DNA from: Thermoanaerobaculia bacterium
GTDB lineage: Bacteria; Acidobacteriota; Thermoanaerobaculia; Multivoradales; UBA5704
Direction: 5' to 3'
Length of the DNA: 12,690 nt
NCBI GenBank assembly: GCA_044226625.1
Contig: JBGAGQ010000112.1
Span: forward strand, 1-12,690
Made by a program: the position numbers and the translations under genes. Each line of letters opens with the position of its first letter. The stretch's first letter is position 1. Positions 8,054 to 12,690 of the stretch are shown piece after piece. The notes under the pieces were generated by a model. It was not told where the DNA came from, made no database searches, and saw only the letters and a list, made by a program, of their open reading frames with translations.

Positions 8054-10773
8054 GCCTCTCGATGGGGCCCCGGCCCGCGGCCTCCGCGGCAAGCCGCGCC
8101 GACCTCTATCGGGCGCTCGTCGAAGGAGGCGAGAAGGCGCTCGCCGCCATGGCGGAGCTGCTCGGCTATGAGGAACGCCCCTCGCTCGGAACCGGCACGC
8201 CCCGCCAGCAGGAGCCTCGCGAGCCCGAGCCGACCGCCGAAAAGCCGGCACCGGAAAAGCCGGTAGCTCGCCCGCCCACAACCTTCTGGTGTTTGGAGGA
8301 GGTCGAGCACCTCACGCCCGCTCCGGCTCCGGCGCGCCCCGCCGTCGCACCGATCGGATTGGAAGGGATCGGCCTCCTCGAAGGCCGCCCGCCGCGGACA
8401 TCACCGATCGTTTCCGATGCGCGACTTTGGGCGGCACTCCGCCGCCGCCTCGGCTCGACCTCCAAGAGCCGCCAGGTCGACGTCCGGGCGCTCGCGGATT
8501 CATGGAGCCGCGGCAGAATCCGGCGCGAGATCCCATATCGAGCGCTGCCTGCCTGGACCTCTCGTGTGCTGGTCCTCGTCGACGGAAGCGCGCACCTCGG
8601 CCCTGTGCGCGACGACCAGCGGCGGTTGATCTCCGAGCTGAAGCTGCGGCTCGGAAAATCCGCGGTGCGGTCGGTGCGATTCACCGAGGGAATGGAGCGG
8701 CCCTGGAAAGACGGGCGAGAGCGCCGAAGCGAGCCGCCGTTCGAAGCCCGCACTCCAGCGATCGCCTTGAGTGACCTCGGCTTTGTCGGGGGTTTGGACC
8801 GACGTGCCTTCTGGGTGAGCGTAGCGCTCTCCGCCGAACGGGCGGACGCGCCGCTCGCTGCGCTGGTGCCGGTCGGGGCCGATCGCTGGGAGAGGAGCGC
8901 TGGTCATGCGTGGAACGCGCTTCCTTGGGAGCGGCCCGAACGTGCGCCGGAGCCGGGCCCTGCACGCGCCGAAGACCAGCGACGAGAGCGCGCCGAGCGC
9001 CTGCTTAGCCTCCTCGCATTCGCCTCGCGCATTGAGCCCGGGCTCCTTCGCTCGGCGCGCCGCCTGCTTTCGCCGCAGGAAGCGGACCAGGGCACCGAGC
9101 TCGACGCGTGGAATCTCGCCGGTGTGGCCGGAGGTTTCGCTTCGGCGGCCGTGGTTTTCTCAGCCGAGCTGCGACACAAGCTGGAAGAGCGTTTTCGGGC
9201 GGAAGATCCGGACCGAAAGGGAAAGCTATTGGCCCTGCAACGCTCCTGGCGTCGGGGCCAACCGAAAGAGATCTGGCTCGACGAGGTGCTCGCTCTCGAC
9301 GCGGCCGGAGACCTTCCGGCCGGGGTCTTGCGGAACGAAGAGGTCGAAGCGGCCCGTGCTCTCTGGGAGCGGATCGGCGAAACCCTGGAGAGCGGGGCCG
9401 CATCCCAGGTGGTCGCCGAAGGGCTGAGCCGTTATGTCCGTGAAGCGGTCGGCGAGCACCTTCCGAAAACGGCCTGGGACGACGAAAGTTGGTCCCACCT
9501 TCTTTCCCGCGCCTGGAAGCACGCCTGGAAAGGCCCCGGCCCCCCGCCCCTTCCCCCCGGGGTCGGCTCCGGCGTGCTCGACCTGCCCCGCGGCGAGGCG
9601 CGCCGTGGCGCCTTGTGGCAGGTGGCTGGCGATCTCGTCTGGAGCCCTTCGGGCGCGTCCCTTCCTGCGGGGAGCCCGCTCGCGGCGATGGAGTCCTCGG
9701 ACGGACTGGTCACCCTCGCCGGGGAATGCTCTGGCTGGTCAACTCCCCGACCGCTCGGCGAAGGGCAGGCGCTGCCGCGACGCACCGGGGAACTCCTCGT
9801 CCTCACCGATCGCACGCGTGCGACGCTCCGCCGGATCGTGCGCCCGGCTTGGGCGCAGTCGGTCGGCAGAGACCGCCACGGCCTCTGGGCCACTCTTGCG
9901 GTGGGCGAGGCTCGGCAAAAGATGCGGTGGATTGCGCCTGGGCGGTTCTGGATGGGCTCGCCAGAAGACGAGCCGGGAAGGTATTACTGGGAGCAGCTCC
10001 TTCATCTGGTGGAGATCAAGAACGGCTTTTGGCTCGGCGAGACCCCGTGTACTCAGGCACTTTGGCTTGCGGTGATGGGGGGCGGAAACCCGAGCGAATT
10101 TCAGACACCTGACCGCCCGGTCGAAAGGGTGAGCTGGGACGACTGTCAGGAGTTCCTCGGAACGCTCCGGCAAGACAAGGCCGGAGGCGAAATCTGGCGG
10201 CTTCCGACCGAGCAGGAGTGGGAGTACGCCTGCCGAGCGGGGACGGAGACGGCGACCTATGAGGGGTCGATCGAGATCAAAGGGGAACACAACGCACCGG
10301 TCCTCGGCCCCATCGCCTGGTACGGTGGAAACAGCGGCGTGGACGATCTGGAGAACGGTTGGGATTCGAGCGACTGGACTGAGAAGGAGGAGAAACACAC
10401 CCGAGCCGCGACTCACCCCGTCGCCTTGAAACGCGCGAACCCCTGGGGTCTCTACGACATGCTCGGCAACGTCTGGGAGTGGTGCCACGACTCGGTCGAT
10501 CCTGAAATGACACCAAATCCAGAGGGCCCGTACCGGGTGTTTCGTGGCGGCTCGTGGTACGAGCTCGCCCGGAACGTTCGCGCGGCCTACCGGTACTGGT
10601 ACCTCCCGAGCGACCGCGACGACAGCTTCGGCTTCCGCCTTGCCCGAGGTCAGGAATCTGCGCTCCGGCAAGGGGCGGAGCCCAGGGGCGCGGAGCGCCC
10701 CACCCGGGGCCTGCCGAAGTGCGGGACGCGCCGGTCAGGCCCAGGGCCGCGGCCGGAGGCCGCGGCCGAATGA
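8050..10773 (+). CDS. vWA-like domain protein with C-terminal FGE-sulfatase (SUMF1-like, C-type lectin fold) domain; putative DGR target 1
   Basis: Likely start TTG 8050 (TTGA overlap with the MoxR stop, after GGAGGAGAGGGAGGG) or ATG 8062; the extension to 7465 overlaps MoxR. vWA-like core VDVRALADSWSRG...VLVLVDGSAHLGPVRDD...IALSDLG. FGE domain MRWIAPGRFWMGSP, TPCTQALW, PVERVSWDDC, RLPTEQEWEYACRAG, NPWGLYDMLGNVWEWC, RVFRGGSW...FGFRLAR. About 907 aa. Confidence 0.88.
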   Translation: MSLSMGPRPAASAASRADLYRALVEGGEKALAAMAELLGYEERPSLGTGTPRQQEPREPEPTAEKPAPEKPVARPPTTFWCLEEVEHLTPAPAPARPAVAPIGLEGIGLLEGRPPRTSPIVSDARLWAALRRRLGSTSKSRQVDVRALADSWSRGRIRREIPYRALPAWTSRVLVLVDGSAHLGPVRDDQRRLISELKLRLGKSAVRSVRFTEGMERPWKDGRERRSEPPFEARTPAIALSDLGFVGGLDRRAFWVSVALSAERADAPLAALVPVGADRWERSAGHAWNALPWERPERAPEPGPARAEDQRRERAERLLSLLAFASRIEPGLLRSARRLLSPQEADQGTELDAWNLAGVAGGFASAAVVFSAELRHKLEERFRAEDPDRKGKLLALQRSWRRGQPKEIWLDEVLALDAAGDLPAGVLRNEEVEAARALWERIGETLESGAASQVVAEGLSRYVREAVGEHLPKTAWDDESWSHLLSRAWKHAWKGPGPPPLPPGVGSGVLDLPRGEARRGALWQVAGDLVWSPSGASLPAGSPLAAMESSDGLVTLAGECSGWSTPRPLGEGQALPRRTGELLVLTDRTRATLRRIVRPAWAQSVGRDRHGLWATLAVGEARQKMRWIAPGRFWMGSPEDEPGRYYWEQLLHLVEIKNGFWLGETPCTQALWLAVMGGGNPSEFQTPDRPVERVSWDDCQEFLGTLRQDKAGGEIWRLPTEQEWEYACRAGTETATYEGSIEIKGEHNAPVLGPIAWYGGNSGVDDLENGWDSSDWTEKEEKHTRAATHPVALKRANPWGLYDMLGNVWEWCHDSVDPEMTPNPEGPYRVFRGGSWYELARNVRAAYRYWYLPSDRDDSFGFRLARGQESALRQGAEPRGAERPTRGLPKCGTRRSGPGPRPEAAAE
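10525..10668 (+). other. Putative DGR variable region VR1 (10525-10629) plus invariant IMH-like block (10630-10668)
   Basis: Aligns without gaps to 11756-11899; mismatches concentrate at positions 1-2 of NNC codons and mostly involve A; followed by 39 identical nt GGCTTCCGCCTTGCCCGAGGTCAGGAATCTGCGCTCCGG. Confidence 0.8.
10673..10767 (+). promoter_or_regulatory. Array of four GGA-triloop hairpins downstream of VR1 (candidate DGR homing cis-element)
   Basis: GGGC-GGA-GCCC (10673-83), GGGGCGC-GGA-GCGCCCC (10685-701), GTGCG-GGA-CGCGC (10719-31, one T-G pair), GGCCGCGGCC-GGA-GGCCGCGGCC (10745-67). Confidence 0.7.
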
Positions 10774-10865
10774 AATTGGCATTTTTCGCGGTGCCGGCGG
10801 AAGGCGGAATGGAGGTCGCCGCCGACGTGAACCGATTCCTTGGCGCACACCGCGTCGTCGCGATC
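10770..10865 (+). pseudogene. Truncated 5' fragment resembling the DGR-associated HRDC accessory protein
   Basis: ATGA overlap with the upstream stop. MKLAFFAVPAEGGMEVAADVNRFLGAHRVVAI resembles the N-terminus (FF.IP...LN.FL..HRV) of HRDC proteins encoded beside DGR RTs, from memory. Similarity ends at CTAG 10866; the frame then runs through a palindromic repeat to TGA 11042 with no HRDC domain. Confidence 0.6.
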
Positions 10866-10900
10866 CTAGGGGTCCCTCAGAAGAAAGGGTCGTGCGAGGT

Positions 10901-11012
10901 GGCTTTTCCTGGGCTCGCCAGGCTCCAGCCTGGCATCGATCGCTGCATCGAGCTGGCTGTGTGCTCGAAGCCAAAAGCGCCACGCTGGAGCGTGGCGAGC
11001 CCAGGAAAGGCC
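10901..11012. repeat. Inverted pair of REP-like palindromes (REP doublet)
   Basis: 10901-10934 and 10979-11012 are 34-bp inverted repeats with 3 mismatches; each arm has an internal hairpin (GCCAGGCT-CC-AGCCTGGC; GCCACGCT-GG-AGCGTGGC); 44-nt spacer. Confidence 0.75.
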
Positions 11013-11038
11013 CCCGATCTTTCCGCGGAGCGCCTTTC

Positions 11039-11902
11039 GTGACCTTCCGCTCCCACCCGCTCGAAGACGGTTGCCCTCCTGCCTGGGCCTCCGGCTGGGG
11101 GGAGGACGAATTCGGGATCTTCGCCGAGTTTTCTGTCGGGGAAGCGTCGCAGCGGATGCGTTGGATCGAGGCGGGGGATTTCATGATGGGCTCGCCAAAG
11201 GACAAACCGAGGCGGTGGGGTGACGAAGGACCGCAACACCGCGAAGCGATCGAAGAAGGGTTTTGGCTCGCGGACACCCCCTGTACCCAAGCGATCTGGG
11301 AGGTGGTGACGGGTTCGAACCCGAGCCGCTTCAAGACGCCCGATCGGCCGGTCGAGCAGGTGAGCTGGGAGGACTGCCAGGAATTCTGCCGCAAGCTCGC
11401 CGAGAGGATCGGCGGCCCGGGGTGGCGTCTCCCTTCCGAGGCGGAGTGGGAATACGCCTGCCGGGCGGGGGCCGAAACCGCAACCTACGCGGGGCCGATC
11501 GAGCTGAAAGGCGAAGCCAACGCCCCGGTGCTCGGCCCGATCGCCTGGTATGGCGGGAACTCAGGGGATGGCTACGATCTCGAAGAGTTCGAGGACTCCT
11601 CCGATTGGCCCGAGAAAGAAATCGCACACATGCGGGCCGGGACGCGGCGGGTGAAGACCAAGGAACCGAACGCCTGGGGCCTCTACGACACGCTCGGCAA
11701 CGTCTGGGAGTGGTGCGAGGATTTCTGGTCTGCCGGGTATGACGCCGAACGCAAGGGCCCGTCCCGGGTGATCCGTGGCGGCTCATGGAGCACGCTCGCC
11801 CGGCTCGTTCGCGCGGCCTACCGGGGCTGGTACCACCCGGGCGTCCGCTTCGACGACCTCGGCTTCCGCCTTGCCCGAGGTCAGGAATCTGCGCTCCGGT
11901 AG
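11039..11902 (+). CDS. Stand-alone FGE-sulfatase (C-type lectin fold) protein; putative DGR target 2
   Basis: GTG 11039 with GGAG 8 nt upstream; MTFRSHPLEDGCPPAWASGWGEDEFGIFAEF...MRWIEAGDFMMGSP...RLPSEAEWEYACRAG...NAWGLYDTLGNVWEWC...RVIRGGSW...LGFRLARGQESALR*. 287 aa; paralog of the C-terminal part of 8050-10773. Confidence 0.9.
   Translation: MTFRSHPLEDGCPPAWASGWGEDEFGIFAEFSVGEASQRMRWIEAGDFMMGSPKDKPRRWGDEGPQHREAIEEGFWLADTPCTQAIWEVVTGSNPSRFKTPDRPVEQVSWEDCQEFCRKLAERIGGPGWRLPSEAEWEYACRAGAETATYAGPIELKGEANAPVLGPIAWYGGNSGDGYDLEEFEDSSDWPEKEIAHMRAGTRRVKTKEPNAWGLYDTLGNVWEWCEDFWSAGYDAERKGPSRVIRGGSWSTLARLVRAAYRGWYHPGVRFDDLGFRLARGQESALR
11756..11899 (+). other. Putative DGR variable region VR2 (11756-11860) plus invariant IMH-like block (11861-11899)
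   Basis: Second copy of 10525-10668 at offset 1231 nt; same mismatch pattern as VR1. Confidence 0.8.
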
Positions 11903-11903
11903 G

Positions 11904-11998
11904 GGGCGGAGCCCAAGGGTGCGGAGCGCCCCACCGGGGCCGGCAAGGCGCGGGACGCGCCGGCCTGGCCCCGGATCGCGGCCGGAGGCCGCGATCCG
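11904..11998 (+). promoter_or_regulatory. Array of four GGA-triloop hairpins downstream of VR2
   Basis: GGGC-GGA-GCCC (11904-14), GGGTGC-GGA-GCGCCC (11917-31, one T-G pair), GGCGCG-GGA-CGCGCC (11947-61), CGGATCGCGGCC-GGA-GGCCGCGATCCG (11972-98). Confidence 0.7.
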
Positions 11999-12181
11999 AA
12001 TTTGAGAATCCGGCCGGCCGGGACCTCGATCGCAACCGCCGGGACCTTGGTCCGAGCCGCCCGGACTGCAGTCGCGACGACCGGGACAGGGTCCGGAAGC
12101 CGGCGGCCGGGGAGGAACTCCATGCCCGTTGGGAAGCGCTCCCCAAAACTCCGCAAGCGCACTTTTCTCAGGGCGGAACCT

Positions 12182-12249
12182 TCGCCTTTTCTCCTTCCCA
12201 GAAGGAGAACTTTGGGCTGAGTTCTCCTTCTCAGAAGGAGAAAGGGCGA
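12182..12249. repeat. Nested palindrome: 30-bp inverted repeat whose arms are themselves hairpins
   Basis: Arms 12182-12211 and 12220-12249 (3 mismatches, 8-nt loop); internal TTCTCCTTC-CCA-GAAGGAGAA (12189-209) and TTCTCCTTC-TCA-GAAGGAGAA (12222-242). Confidence 0.75.
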
Positions 12250-12267
12250 CACTCGCCGACGTCCGGC

Positions 12268-12357
12268 ATGGGCCGGGCCTTCAGCCCTTGCCGCCTCGTC
12301 GGCGCCTCGATTCCTGGGGCTTCACCCCAGGCTATTATGGGACGCGCCTTTGGCGCT
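12268..12357. repeat. REP/BIME-like composite palindromic unit
   Basis: Degenerate direct repeats ATGGGCCGGGCCTTCAGCCCT (12268-88) and ATGGGACGCGCCTTTGGCGCT (12337-57), each a small hairpin, flank CCTGGGG-CTTCA-CCCCAGG (12313-31). Confidence 0.6.
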
Positions 12358-12650
12358 GGCCGCCTCAGATCCTCTCTTGACGTACTAAGGTTGCGCCCCT
12401 TTTTCACCGCTCCGCAGCAGAAGCCCGGTGAGAAGTTCGGGCTAGCGTCGATTGGCGCCAGAGGAACATTTCGGCCGGCTGGGTTCGAGAGCGCCGCGAC
12501 CTGTGGCGCTCGGGGTCGTAACACGGAAGATAAGCGCCAAAGGCGCGATCGATAATAGATGCTATGGAGGGTCGAGGCCCCCGGGTGAGTGAGGTTGTGG
12601 GCCGGCTGGATAATTCTCTGGAACCACCATCGCCAAACGGAGGCAACCAG

Positions 12651-12690
12651 ATGAGCCAGACGACCCACAAAACAGAGTCTAAAGCGGCCG
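12651..12690 (+). CDS. 5' end of an unidentified gene running off the window (MSQTTHKTESKAA...)
   Basis: Strong SD GGAGG at 12639-12643, 7 nt before ATG 12651; frame open to the window end. Too short to assign. Confidence 0.5.
   Translation, partial: MSQTTHKTESKAA

Noticed and set aside
10525-11899. One of the two repeats being the DGR template repeat
   Set aside because: Both lie in frame at the ends of intact genes, and the A residues at mismatched sites are split between the copies; a TR would hold A at nearly all of them.
9920-11902. Annotation as active formylglycine-generating enzymes
   Set aside because: Catalytic Cys pair after RGGS is absent, there is no sulfatase nearby, and the context is a conflict operon.
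12420-12446. AGCCCGGTGAGAAGTTCGGGCTAG as an IS terminal repeat
   Set aside because: Reminiscent of an IS end beside a CTAG, but no partner repeat or transposase is in the window.
11904-12450. CRISPR array or structured RNA gene in the palindrome-rich tract
   Set aside because: No run of identical repeats with unique spacers, no cas genes, and no tRNA or known ncRNA pattern recognised.
11785-12670. ORFs 11785..12555(+), 12231..12668(-) and 12404..12670(-)
   Set aside because: They run through palindromic repeats or overlap FGE2 and show no protein-family motifs; no RT motif seen.

Overview
GC-rich bacterial window in two parts. Left (1-5150), housekeeping-type genes: a minus-strand lipoprotein of the EreA/ChaN-like fold running off the left edge (missed by the ORF track), a HutD/Ves-family gene, and a divergent secreted tricorn-type S41 protease carrying an exact 99-bp tandem duplication that may be an assembly artefact. 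Right (5283-11998), a tightly packed operon resembling an NTP-dependent MoxR/vWA ternary conflict system: Trypco2-like small protein, trypsin-like protease fused to an unrecognised domain, MoxR AAA+ ATPase, vWA-like protein with a C-terminal non-catalytic FGE-sulfatase (C-type-lectin fold) domain, and a stand-alone FGE/CLec paralog. The 3' ends of both FGE/CLec genes look like diversity-generating retroelement (DGR) variable regions. Over 35 codons they differ at 20 sites, 18 at codon positions 1-2 and 16 with an A in one copy. Each is followed by an identical 39-nt IMH-like block and four GGA-triloop hairpins, one with compensatory changes. Between the two targets is a 32-codon stub resembling the DGR-associated HRDC accessory gene. 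No template repeat or reverse transcriptase is visible, so the DGR core appears lost or remote. REP-like palindromes and the start of another gene end the window.
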